Source of the DNA: Rhodospirillales bacterium | GTDB lineage: Bacteria; Pseudomonadota; Alphaproteobacteria; Acetobacterales; Acetobacteraceae | Direction: 5' to 3' | Length of the DNA: 34,976 nucleotides | NCBI GenBank assembly: GCA_025350425.1 | Contig: JANXXW010000045.1 | Coordinates: forward strand, 1-34,976 | In this document: positions 8,479 through 17,900 of the stretch, piece by piece | Position numbering within the stretch: the stretch's first letter is position 1 | How the letters are laid out: every line of letters begins with the position of its first letter | Position numbers and translations under genes: made by a program | The notes under the pieces: generated by a model | Database searches by the model: none | What the model saw: the letters and a program-made list of their open reading frames with translations, nothing else | What the model was told of the DNA's origin: nothing

Positions 8479-9816
8479 ATGACCACGCTCAATCGCACGC
8501 ACGACGCCGCCCGGCGAAGCTGGGTCGCATCCGCCAACGGCCATGCCGATTTCCCGCTGCAGAACCTGCCCCTCGGCGTGTTTACCCCAGCCACCGGCAC
8601 AAAGCGCGACGGCACGAAGCGCGGCGGCATCGCGGTCGGCGATCTCATTCTCGACATCCCCGCCTGCCGCCATCACGGGCTGCTCGGGGGCAACGCCGAG
8701 ACGGCGGCCGAGGCGATGTCGGGCGGTACGCTGAACGCTCTGCTGGCACTCGGCGCCGGCCCCCGAACCGCATTGCGGCAGGCGGTGTTCGACCTGCTGG
8801 CCGAGGATGCGCCCGCCGCCATCAAGGATCTCGCCCCGGAAATCCTGCACGAAGCCCGCGCCAGCGAGATCCATTTGCCCGTCGCCATCGGCGGCTACAC
8901 CGATTTTTTCGCCGGCATCCAGCACGCCATCAACGCGGGACGCCTGTTTCGCCCCGATGGCGAGCCGTTGATGCCAAACTACAAATACGTGCCAGTCGCC
9001 TATCACGGCCGTGCCTCCTCCGTGCGCCCCTCTGGCTGGCCGGTGCGGCGTCCCAACGGCCAGCGCAAACGGGGCAAAGAGGACGCGCCGACGTACGGGG
9101 CCTGCCGCAACCTCGATTACGAACTGGAAATGGGCATTTGGGTCGGGGCCGGCAACGCGCTGGGTGAGCCTGTGCCGATCTCCCGTGCGGGAGAGCACAT
9201 CGCCGGCTTCTGCCTGCTGAACGACTGGTCTGCGCGCGACATCCAGGGCTGGGAGGCCCAGCCGCTCGGACCGTTCCTGGCCAAGAACTTCCACACCTCC
9301 GTCTCCCCATGGGTCGTCACCGCCGAGGCGCTGGCGCCGTTCCGCATCCCACAATCGCCGCGCGACGAATGCGACCCCGCGCCGCTGCCGCACCTGAACG
9401 ATGCCGACGACCAAGCCCAGGGCGCCTTTGACATCGAGGTCGAGGCGCTGCTGCTCACCGCCGCGATGCGCGAAGCCGGCGCTGCGCCGCATCGCCTCTC
9501 CATCGGCAATACCCGCCATCTGTATTGGACGCCGGCGCAGATGCTTGCGCACCACACGAGCAACGGCTGCGACCTTAATGCCGGCGATCTGTTCGGCTCA
9601 GGCACCATCTCGGCTCCTGAAGACACGGGGTGGGGCAGCCTGCTGGAGATTTCGCGGGCCGGCCGGCAGCCGATCTCGCTCCCCTCGGGTGAAAGCCGAA
9701 CCTTTCTTCAGGACGGCGACGAAATCATTTTGCGCGCCCGCTGCACCCGCGACGGCATGGCGTCGATCGGTTTCGGCGAATGCCGTGGCACGATCCTTCC
9801 GGCTCCCACATGTTAG
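8479..9816 (+). CDS. fahA: fumarylacetoacetase
   Basis: MTTLNRTHDAARRSWVASANGHADFPLQNLPLGVF is the classic FAH N-terminus. The FAH catalytic domain follows (DYELEMGIWVG...LLNDWSARDIQGWE). Start taken at ATG 8479, so it does not overlap hmgA. Confidence 0.85.
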   Translation: MTTLNRTHDAARRSWVASANGHADFPLQNLPLGVFTPATGTKRDGTKRGGIAVGDLILDIPACRHHGLLGGNAETAAEAMSGGTLNALLALGAGPRTALRQAVFDLLAEDAPAAIKDLAPEILHEARASEIHLPVAIGGYTDFFAGIQHAINAGRLFRPDGEPLMPNYKYVPVAYHGRASSVRPSGWPVRRPNGQRKRGKEDAPTYGACRNLDYELEMGIWVGAGNALGEPVPISRAGEHIAGFCLLNDWSARDIQGWEAQPLGPFLAKNFHTSVSPWVVTAEALAPFRIPQSPRDECDPAPLPHLNDADDQAQGAFDIEVEALLLTAAMREAGAAPHRLSIGNTRHLYWTPAQMLAHHTSNGCDLNAGDLFGSGTISAPEDTGWGSLLEISRAGRQPISLPSGESRTFLQDGDEIILRARCTRDGMASIGFGECRGTILPAPTC

Positions 9817-10037
9817 CCACAACGCGAGCGATATTCCGCCCCTGCATCCGCATGTCCAATGGACCCGTATTATGCAACACAAGCGCCATACTTCTTTCAT
9901 GTCGGCGCGTATGACGATGGTGCAGCATGTTTCGCCTTTCGCCCCTTCGCAGCCGAGCTGCCGGTTCATGGCCGAAGCCCGCCATGCGCCGGACCCGGCC
10001 ACGCGTTGGTTGGCGAACGGCCGCACGTAACACACCG

Positions 10038-10598
10038 ATGCGTCTGGTTTCGCAAAATGAGAACGTGGCCAGTGCCGCCGAACTGCTGATGCAGGTCGGC
10101 CAAGGCAGCCGCACCGCGTTCCAACAGCTTTACAACCTGCAGTCGTCTCGGCTTTACGCGGTCGCGTTGCGGATTACCTGTCGGGCGCCGCTCGCGTCGG
10201 ACGCAATGCACGACGCCTTCCTCCAGGTCTGGCGCAATGCCGCCAGCTTCGATCCGGCGCGCGGCAACGCCGAAGCTTGGCTCGTCACCCTGGTGCGCTA
10301 CCGGGCGCTCGATATCGTGCGCCGCCGTGGCCGGGAGGTATCCAGTGAGGGTATGCCGGAACGGGTCGATCCGGAGCCGGATGCCCTGAGCCAACTTTCG
10401 CAGGGACGCGAAGCCCGTGCGCTCCATGCGTGCCTGTCGGAACTGGCCGAGGATCGACGGCGGCTGATCGTGATGGCGTTCGTGGACGGTCTCTCGCATT
10501 CCGAGGTAGCGGACCGCGTCCAAATGCCGCTCGGCACGGTAAAAAGCTGGATCCGCCGCAGTCTTCAGGCGCTTCGCACCTGTCTGGAAGGCACGTGA
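10038..10598 (+). CDS. ECF-type RNA polymerase sigma-70 family factor
   Basis: Region 2 (FQQLYNLQSSRLYAVALRI...DAMHDAFLQVWRNAASFD) and region 4 HTH (LSHSEVADRVQMPLGTVKSWIRRSLQALR). The start at ATG 10038 is uncertain, as I saw no clear SD. Confidence 0.8.
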   Translation: MRLVSQNENVASAAELLMQVGQGSRTAFQQLYNLQSSRLYAVALRITCRAPLASDAMHDAFLQVWRNAASFDPARGNAEAWLVTLVRYRALDIVRRRGREVSSEGMPERVDPEPDALSQLSQGREARALHACLSELAEDRRRLIVMAFVDGLSHSEVADRVQMPLGTVKSWIRRSLQALRTCLEGT

Positions 10599-11278
10599 GC
10601 GACGCCCCGGACGAGCTTTCGGTGCTTGCCGGCGAATATGTGCTGGGCATGCTCGACGAAAATGAAGCTGCGTCCGTGCGTCGACGGGCGGAGATCGATC
10701 CCATACTGGCGCGGGCAATCGGCGATTGGGAGTCGCGGTTTGCCCCCCTGGCCGAACTGGTGCCCCCGGTTGCCGCTCCCCCCATGATCTGGGACCGGAT
10801 CGAGCGATCGCTCGACGCCGCGCAGTCTCCTGCCCCACCAACCGGCTACCGCCCGGAGCCTCGGGGCACGCGTTTTTGGCGCGCCACCACGGCGGCCGCG
10901 CTGGCCCTCGCCGCCGTGTTCGCCGCCATTGCCTATCTGCCGCGGAACGAGGCCCCGCCAAGGCTGGCGGCGCTCGGCGTTGCCGGGGCGCCGGCTCCGG
11001 CATTTATCGCCGAGGCGCGTGGTGATGGCTACGTGACACTAACCTCGGTGAGCCCGGCGCCAGTGCCGACCGGCCGGGATTTGGAGCTTTGGCTGTTGCC
11101 GAAGGGTGCCACGACGGTCACCTCGCTCGGCTTGCTGCTCGCCACCGGACGGCGGCTGGCGGTTCCGGGCCTCGCCGACGGCGCGCAACTCCTGGTAAGC
11201 CTCGAACCACAAGGCGGTTCACCCACGGGCCAGCCGACGGGGGCCGTCCTGTACGGCGGAACGCTCATCACGCGGTAG
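10595..11278 (+). CDS. anti-sigma factor, RskA (anti-sigma-K)-like
   Basis: The GTG start forms a GTGA overlap with the sigma stop. N-terminal sigma-binding helix region (LAGEYVLGMLDENEAASVRRRAEIDP), a central TM helix (ATTAAALALAAVFAAIAYL), and a C-terminal RskA-type domain (LELWLLP...LLVSLEPQGGSPTGQPTGAVLY). Confidence 0.7.
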   Translation: MSDAPDELSVLAGEYVLGMLDENEAASVRRRAEIDPILARAIGDWESRFAPLAELVPPVAAPPMIWDRIERSLDAAQSPAPPTGYRPEPRGTRFWRATTAAALALAAVFAAIAYLPRNEAPPRLAALGVAGAPAPAFIAEARGDGYVTLTSVSPAPVPTGRDLELWLLPKGATTVTSLGLLLATGRRLAVPGLADGAQLLVSLEPQGGSPTGQPTGAVLYGGTLITR

Positions 11279-11362
11279 CATTCGGCGATGGGCTCGCGGC
11301 TTTTCGTTTTGCACTGCCGCATGAGAACCCTATCTTTCTACCGTTATCAGGAGACCGTGTGC

Positions 11363-12181
11363 ATGCGCCTACCGAGAGCCCAATCCATCGCAACCAAGAT
11401 CGCCCTGCCTGCCCTGTTGTGTGCGGCGTTGCTGCGACCGACCGGCTTGGACGCCGCAACCGCCACGGAGCTTGCGGCGCACCGGGCGCTGTACACGCTG
11501 ACCATGGCCTCCTCCAAAGGCGATATCGCCAATGCTACCGGGACCATGGCCTACGAGGTGCTGGATTCCTGCGACGGCTGGGCCACACGCCAGCGGCTCG
11601 ACATGACGATCACAAACCGCGATGGCCAGGATATCAAGATGGTGTCCGACTATACCACGTGGGAAGCCAAGGACGGCCTGCGCCTGCGCTTCCAGACCAA
11701 GCAAACCACCGACACGGCGGTGACCAGCCAAGTGTCGGGAGAGGCGAATTTGCCGGCGGTCGGCGAGGCCGGCACGGTCCATTACAACGTGCCCGCCGAC
11801 AGCACCCACGACCTACCGGCAGGCACATTGTTTCCCATGGGCCACACCGCCGCGATCATCGCCGCAGCCGAGGCTGGCAAGAAGTTCCTGGCAATCCCGT
11901 TGTTCGACGGCACTAGCGTGGACGGGGCGCAGAACAGTTCGATCGTCGTCACCAGTTGGAACGGGCCGCAGGCCAATCGCTGGCCGACTCTGGCGGAACT
12001 CCCGAGCGGACGCGTGCATGTCGCATTCTTCGATCGCAAGGACACCTCCCAACAGCCGGATTACGAAGTGGGAATGCGTTACTGGCAAAATGGCGTCGCC
12101 GACGATCTGGCGATGGATTTTGGCGACTTCGTCATGAACGGCAAGATGGCAGAGTTCATGCCGCTGCACCCCGGCTGCTGA
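11363..12181 (+). CDS. DUF1849 / EipB-like periplasmic cell-envelope integrity protein
   Basis: Signal peptide (IALPALLCAALLRP), then HRALYTLTMASSKGDIANATGTMAYEVLDSCDGW, a pattern I recall for DUF1849. ATG 11363 is preceded by GGAG. The family assignment is from memory only. Confidence 0.5.
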   Translation: MRLPRAQSIATKIALPALLCAALLRPTGLDAATATELAAHRALYTLTMASSKGDIANATGTMAYEVLDSCDGWATRQRLDMTITNRDGQDIKMVSDYTTWEAKDGLRLRFQTKQTTDTAVTSQVSGEANLPAVGEAGTVHYNVPADSTHDLPAGTLFPMGHTAAIIAAAEAGKKFLAIPLFDGTSVDGAQNSSIVVTSWNGPQANRWPTLAELPSGRVHVAFFDRKDTSQQPDYEVGMRYWQNGVADDLAMDFGDFVMNGKMAEFMPLHPGC

Positions 12182-12184
12182 TGC

Positions 12185-12241
12185 GGCAACGCGCCACCCC
12201 GGTATCGCAGCGATGCGTGCGTGGCGCTGCCCGGGTCTTCA
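12185..12241. repeat. inverted repeat in the convergent eipB-like / bcsD gap (possible bidirectional terminator)
   Basis: GGCA(ac)GCGCCAC at 12185-12197 pairs with GTGGCGCTGCC at 12231-12241 (11 bp with a 2-nt bulge). The loop is 33 nt and there is no U-run on either strand. Confidence 0.2.
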
Positions 12242-12299
12242 GACAGGTCTAGGCGCGCCGGCTACCAGATCATTCGGCTTCGTGTGCGGAGCGGGAAAG

Positions 12300-12737
12300 C
12301 TAGGCCTGCCCGTATTTCAGCACCACGTATTCACTCGTGGTCCGGAAGCGCCTGGTGGTCAGGCTTTGATCTGCGTTCGGCAGAGCGTTCAGCCACGTCT
12401 CATACAACCCTTCCAGCACCGCCGCGAGCCAGGTGCCAGGCGGCTCGCCCGTACCGCCGATCCAGGGTAGCCCGGTGTGCGTAATGACCAACACACGTTC
12501 GGTTTCGCTCAGGTGTAGCTTGACGCCGCCCCAATGCCAGCCCGCAAGGCGGTCGTTCATTTCCATGGTCAACGCTTGCGTGTCGGTGGCCAGGGGCAGC
12601 GGATTGGTTGCGGCCATGCGTCGCCCGATGCCGCGCAAAAGAGCGTCACGCGCCGGGACACCGCTATCGCCATCGATTTGGTCGACCATCGCGCGCAGGA
12701 AGGCACGCCACATCACCGTCTCGCTAGCGTCGTTCAC
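12300..12737 (-). CDS. bcsD: cellulose synthase subunit D
   Basis: 145 aa. The segment GGTGEPPGTWLAAVLEGLYETWL matches my recollection of the Komagataeibacter AcsD/BcsD core (GEPSGTWLAPVLEGLYGRW). The GTG start forms a GTGA overlap with the bcsC stop. It is the last gene of the bcs operon, as in type I loci. Confidence 0.7.
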   Translation of the reverse strand: MNDASETVMWRAFLRAMVDQIDGDSGVPARDALLRGIGRRMAATNPLPLATDTQALTMEMNDRLAGWHWGGVKLHLSETERVLVITHTGLPWIGGTGEPPGTWLAAVLEGLYETWLNALPNADQSLTTRRFRTTSEYVVLKYGQA

Positions 12738-14974
12738 TGCACCCGTCCAGATTGATTGAAGGTGTAACGGGCATACACGAGGCCGCTCCCTTCCGTGTAG
12801 TCCCCGACATGCTCGACCGCGACCTTGCCGCCGACATGCAGGCTGGGCGTGACACGATAATCGATCAAGGCATGGGCGCCACCCGCGATCCCAGTGGTGT
12901 GGGAAGCGCTGTGGATCGCGCTCCCGCCAAACAAGGCTGAACCTGGGTTGCTGATCTGTGCCACCAGATTGGCCTGGAGATCGGGGTTTATCGGATAATA
13001 CAGCGAAGATCTCGAGCGCACGTTCTGTATGCCAACGCTGCCTCCCACCTCGTAGCTCAGGTCCTCGGAAACCTTCTCTCGATAGGTGATCGGCACGACC
13101 GCCGCGAAGAATTGCTGCGGGCTGAAATAGCCGCCCTGGCCCAGCGTGAACGAGCCGAGGTTCTTATCGTAGCCGAGATACGCGAAGTCGAGGCCGATCC
13201 GGACTTCCTGCGTATCGGTCTTGTAGACCGGCGTGGACATGCCGGCTCCGGCCTCGATCTCGCTGTTGCGCTGGACATGGGTTCCGGTCAGCACGCCGCC
13301 GCCCGCGCCAACATAGAAGTTCGTCTGCCCCATGTTGGCTTCGAGGTTGATCCGGCCGCGGGTCCGGGTGACGCCGCCCCAATCTGTTCCGGTGGCCGCG
13401 TCCCGCGCGCCGGCAAAGGACAGCACGCTATCCGTGATGGCACGGCGCTCGCCGATGATGCGAAGCCCAATATTGTCGCTGAGCTTGGGCGCCCATTGCA
13501 CGCCGCCAACCACGTTGGCGATTGGAAAGCCGAGTGGGGTCGAACCGACATCGGTGGACACGTCATCGAATGCGTAACCTACGTTCAGTGCGGTCCCTTG
13601 CGCGGTCTGGTTCCCGACCGTGGTTCCTCCGAACGCGCCGGTGCCGAATTGCTGCTGGTTGGCGTTACCCGCACCTAACTTGCCGGCCATGAGGAAGGTC
13701 GGAGTCACCGAAACCTTCAGCCGGCCATAGCCACCGGGTGAGAACTCGCCCTCAAGCGGGGCGGAAAGATCGGTAAGCTGGCTCAGACCTGCAGAGCCCG
13801 AACGAACCCGGAAGCCGAAGCCCGCCTGGACCGCCGGATCGATCTGTCCGTTCAGAACGGCGATTTCGCGGTCGATCTGCTGCGTCATGGGATCGACGAT
13901 ACCGCTTCCACCAGCGGGAGCGAGGCTGTCTCCACTCGATAGGCCACCAATCTGCGCCACACGAAATGGATTGCCGGCGCTGGCGGCGAGGCCCGACTGG
14001 CCGCCAGCTGTCATCTCGGCTGGAGCCGTGGCCTCGACCATACGTCGCGCTGGCGTGACCGGCACGCGGTCGCCGCTGTCCATGGCAGTCGGTGGCGAAA
14101 GGTCGGTCGGCCCCGTGTCCAGCCTAGCACCGGTCGCAGTCCGCAGGGGAGCCAACGGCGTGGGGGAGCCGAACGGGGTTGTGGGATGAAGGCTTGGAGG
14201 CTCCGCGAGATCGATGTCGGCCTGCGCGAACTGCGAACCCGGCGGGGTCCAACGCGGCTGGTTGGGGATGGCCCGGCCTTGGTACTGCTCTCCACCCGGA
14301 GCCAGCGTGACCGCCGGAAGCGTGCTGTCGTCGTCGCCGTTGTCGGAATAGCCGAGCTGCTGCATCCGCAGATCGCGTGCCCGGGTGAGTTCATGACGCG
14401 CAAGCTCGGCATTGCCTTCCGCTTTGGCCAGCCGCGCCGACACGATCCAGGCCCTCGGCTCATTGGGGCTTTCATGCAGGGCTTGCCGCGCCATCGTGTG
14501 GGCGCGCTCGATCTGACCGGCGGCGAGTGCTGCCACAATCAACGCCGAGCGTGCGTCGATGTCGGTGGGATCGCGGCGCAGCCGGGCTTCGTTCATCGCC
14601 CTTGCGCGACTGGACTCGTCAAAGGCGAGCGACCGGACGACCTGTGGCGGCACAGGCGCGATGGCTTCACCCAACGTCAGCGCGGGCGCCAGCGCCACTC
14701 GAGTTCCCGTCGGCCTGAGCGCCACACGGGCCGGGACCACCGGCTTGGCGCCCGCGTCAGACACCGGCGCGGTGGGGAACGACGCGGTCTCGACAAGCAT
14801 CGGGGCTTCGGCTCGGGTGTGGCGCAGCAGCGTCTTTGTCGCGGCCAGCATGACCGTGGCGCCCAGCGGCACCAGCAACGTCGCCATCATCAGGTTCTGG
14901 CGATGCGATGTGGCGCGCCTTGCGCCCAAGCGAGTTTCGAATCTGAGGACACGATCGATCTTATTCACGGTCAT
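12734..14974 (-). CDS. bcsC: cellulose synthase outer-membrane subunit C, unusually short form
   Basis: The C-terminal ~380 aa is a beta-barrel-type sequence with alternating Gly/aromatic strands, ending ...GSGLVYARYTF, as in the BcsC C-terminal domain. The N-terminus has a signal/TM helix and only a ~90-aa TPR-like helical stretch. The gene begins 5 nt after the bcsAB stop. Confidence 0.75.
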   Translation of the reverse strand: MTVNKIDRVLRFETRLGARRATSHRQNLMMATLLVPLGATVMLAATKTLLRHTRAEAPMLVETASFPTAPVSDAGAKPVVPARVALRPTGTRVALAPALTLGEAIAPVPPQVVRSLAFDESSRARAMNEARLRRDPTDIDARSALIVAALAAGQIERAHTMARQALHESPNEPRAWIVSARLAKAEGNAELARHELTRARDLRMQQLGYSDNGDDDSTLPAVTLAPGGEQYQGRAIPNQPRWTPPGSQFAQADIDLAEPPSLHPTTPFGSPTPLAPLRTATGARLDTGPTDLSPPTAMDSGDRVPVTPARRMVEATAPAEMTAGGQSGLAASAGNPFRVAQIGGLSSGDSLAPAGGSGIVDPMTQQIDREIAVLNGQIDPAVQAGFGFRVRSGSAGLSQLTDLSAPLEGEFSPGGYGRLKVSVTPTFLMAGKLGAGNANQQQFGTGAFGGTTVGNQTAQGTALNVGYAFDDVSTDVGSTPLGFPIANVVGGVQWAPKLSDNIGLRIIGERRAITDSVLSFAGARDAATGTDWGGVTRTRGRINLEANMGQTNFYVGAGGGVLTGTHVQRNSEIEAGAGMSTPVYKTDTQEVRIGLDFAYLGYDKNLGSFTLGQGGYFSPQQFFAAVVPITYREKVSEDLSYEVGGSVGIQNVRSRSSLYYPINPDLQANLVAQISNPGSALFGGSAIHSASHTTGIAGGAHALIDYRVTPSLHVGGKVAVEHVGDYTEGSGLVYARYTFNQSGRVQ

Positions 14975-14979
14975 ACCCC

Positions 14980-17900
14980 TTAGCGCTCCAAGTCACGGAC
15001 AGCCATTCGACCATTGGCACGGCGGCGTAACGCCCAGTAGAGCGCGAAGCCAAGCAACGCGCAGCCGATCAGCATGAGGATGACGATCGCGTAAGGCTGA
15101 TCGCGCAGCACCCAGCTCGGATACAGCCAGAATGGCAGCGAGCCGACCGTGTAGCTCGCGCCGACGCGGTAGCTGGTCACCTTGTTCGCAGTCATGATTG
15201 CCAGGTCGCCTTGAAGCAGCGGCGCCTGTTCGGTGTCGCGCAGCGTCGAAACCATCGTCTCCAACACCTGGGGAGAGCCTGCCAGCAGGGCGACCAGGGA
15301 GCGGCCACCCGACAACGGGCTTTCGGACCCGACCAGGATCGCCGTGTTCGTATCGACATTCGCCGTCAACCCGGAAAACGCGCGCTGGCGATCGACATCC
15401 TGGCGGTCGCCGAACAAACGGGCGACCGTCGTGTCGAAGGCGCTGGGGAGTGTCAGTTGCAGCCGGTTTCCACTCAGCCGGACGGCGGAGCTTCGCAGCA
15501 ATTCCGCCGCTCCCTGAAGACGCTGCACGGTGCCCATCAGCAGCAGGTCGCGATCAGCGACCGTGTTCACCGCATCGGGCCGAACGATCGCTACGCGCAG
15601 CACCGGGTATCCGGTGAGCGAGCCGAAGCGGCCCATCAGGTTGAGAAAGGCGGTGAGTTCGACGCCGCTCGGCCGGTCCGGCAACACGACGGCAGTGCGG
15701 GAAAGATCTGCCATGCGGGTGAAGGGAAAGCCCGAGTTCACGAAAAACGCGAGGTTGGGCATTTCGGCAAACCTGTAGCCCCGGCTCAGATCGAGCGTGC
15801 TGTCCGGGTCGATGGACATGCGCAGGTCGTTTGGGATCGCCGCGCAATCTCCCCGCTGCAGCGGCCGCGCGTCGAAGAAGAATTGCGCGTCGTTGGCGCC
15901 GAACACATCGTACTGGGGGAGATCGACATGCGCGTCCGGCTGGGTGACGCCGAAATCGAACAACCGGCTGAACCAGCTGTCCCGGCGCTCGATCGGGGCC
16001 ATCGAGAAGCTGTCGAGATAGACGCCGTTGATACCCACATCCATGCGCGATGGGGCGACATCGATGATCGGACCCGGCGGACCGCGATACTTCACGTTCA
16101 TCGGGAAGGCGCGGTTTCGCCAGGTGTAGAAATCCGGCGCCGTGCGGAATGGCACATGCAACAGGCCGACATAGCCATAGACCTGCAGGTCCGAGGCATC
16201 GACCATCTCGCCGAACTTCACGGCGCGGTTGGTGGCAATCCAGCTTGGCGCATCGTAGGCGACACGCACCGGAACATCGGCTGGCTGTACGACTGCGATG
16301 CCAGTGCCCAAAGCCCGGCTGCCGACGGTCAGCACGGTCGCGGCGGCGACGGCTTCCTCGCCGTTGCGCCCCGCGATCAGCAAGATCGAGGAGAGGCGGT
16401 CGTTTGGATTTGGTATGATGGCCAGGGTCGGCCCGTTGATGGTCGGCAGGAAGCTGGGCGCGCGCCCCTCCCCCGCGACCACGACCATCACAGCGTTGCC
16501 CTGCTGCGGCGGCTCCGAAAGCAATGGGTACGTGGCGCCTCGGAACGTAGCCTGCTGTCCGAACCATGACGCGGTGATCGCGGCGGCTTTCAGCGCTTCG
16601 TTGCCCGGGGATACAGTCATGACGAAGGGCAGGTTCAGCAGTTGCTTCTCATGAGTGTCGAAGAAGGGCAACGGGAGCCGCGCGAGGTCACGGTTGGGCG
16701 GCAGCCGTTCCAGCGTGAGCGTGAGCGTCGAGCTGTCATAGATCGTGGCCCAAAGCAGCCCGCTCAGTGGATCGTTGCATTCCGGGGTGTAGCGGCCGGT
16801 AAAGCGGAAGTTGAGCCGGTTGTTGTCCTGGAAGAACACGGGACTGACCGTCATCTCCTGATTGAAGTTCGGCTGATCGCGCGTGATCGGGATCGTGCCG
16901 ACATACTGCTCATTCATCGTGACGGTCACGTTGCTGAACTCGGGGATCAGCGCGGGCGAGGCCGCCCCCGTAACGCTGAGCTGCGCCCCGGTCACCACCT
17001 CGTCCGCGCGGATACCGAATTCCACGCCCTGTAGTTCGCTGGTTCCCCGCAGCGCAAGCGGACCCGCGGCCCCGAGCTGGCGCAGGTTGTAGGTGACATG
17101 GCGAACGCCCAGGCGAGGGGTATCCACCGAATCGCTCGCGGCTCCATCGGCGGCGGAGGCCGGAACGATTGGCACCGCCGGGGCGGCGCCCACTGGTGGC
17201 GACGCACTTGTTTGCACGGCGCCGGTTTGCGTGCCCGGCGAGAACGCCGGGGACGGTGGCGCCACTGGTTGGGCAGACTGCGAAAGGTCGAACTTAGTGC
17301 CAGGCTGCAATCCCGCCTGCAGCGTGGGGACGGGTTGCGGAATCGGGCGAACGAATGTCGGGCCACGCGGCGCTGGCTGAGCGGCCGCGTGCCACGACAT
17401 GCAAAGTAGAAAAACGGCTCCAAGGGCCGATCCGGCCATCGCACGGTTCGGCCCCGACAGCACCGGACGCATGGTGGGAGCGGTGCCCTCGCCAGAGTCC
17501 GGCGTCAAAGGACGCACCGGGGTCCGGTCGCGGGGACGGAACAACCCTCGGATGGACACGACAACACGCCAAAGGCTGCCCACGGGGCGATCGACCGGAA
17601 ACGCCGACCAATCGGTCCAGGCGTCCGCGCGTCCGAACACGGCTCTTACCACGCACGCCTCTTCCTCGATGGTCGTAGGCTGCCACCGTACCTGCAACGA
17701 TTTCTCGTCCCATCTCAGGACGCGAGCGGGAACCAGTATCGTCTCGTCGCCCTGTTTGAACACGATCTGCACGTCGGCCCCGTCCTCCACCATGGCTGGC
17801 CGCGTCGCCGTGACGTTGCTGCCGCCTTGGGACATGTCGCGGGTCACGCCAGTGGCGATGCGCCCGTCCGGCAAGTGGATTTCGATCGGCACGGTGGCGC

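Noticed and set aside
10038-10598. The ECF sigma factor here as the general stress sigma factor (EcfG) that would read the GCAAC-N16-CGTT element at 5213-5237.
   Set aside because: Its partner is an RskA-type membrane anti-sigma factor, not NepR, and no PhyR gene is present. So it probably belongs to a different ECF group.
12288-12295. GGAGCGGG just downstream of bcsD matches the tRNA-Gly 3-prime end (22143-22150) in the same orientation. It is tempting as an att-type direct repeat bounding a bcs island.
   Set aside because: Only 8 nt match and the similarity collapses immediately on both sides. In GC-rich DNA this is within chance expectation, given how many alignments I tried by eye. It needs a computational repeat scan.
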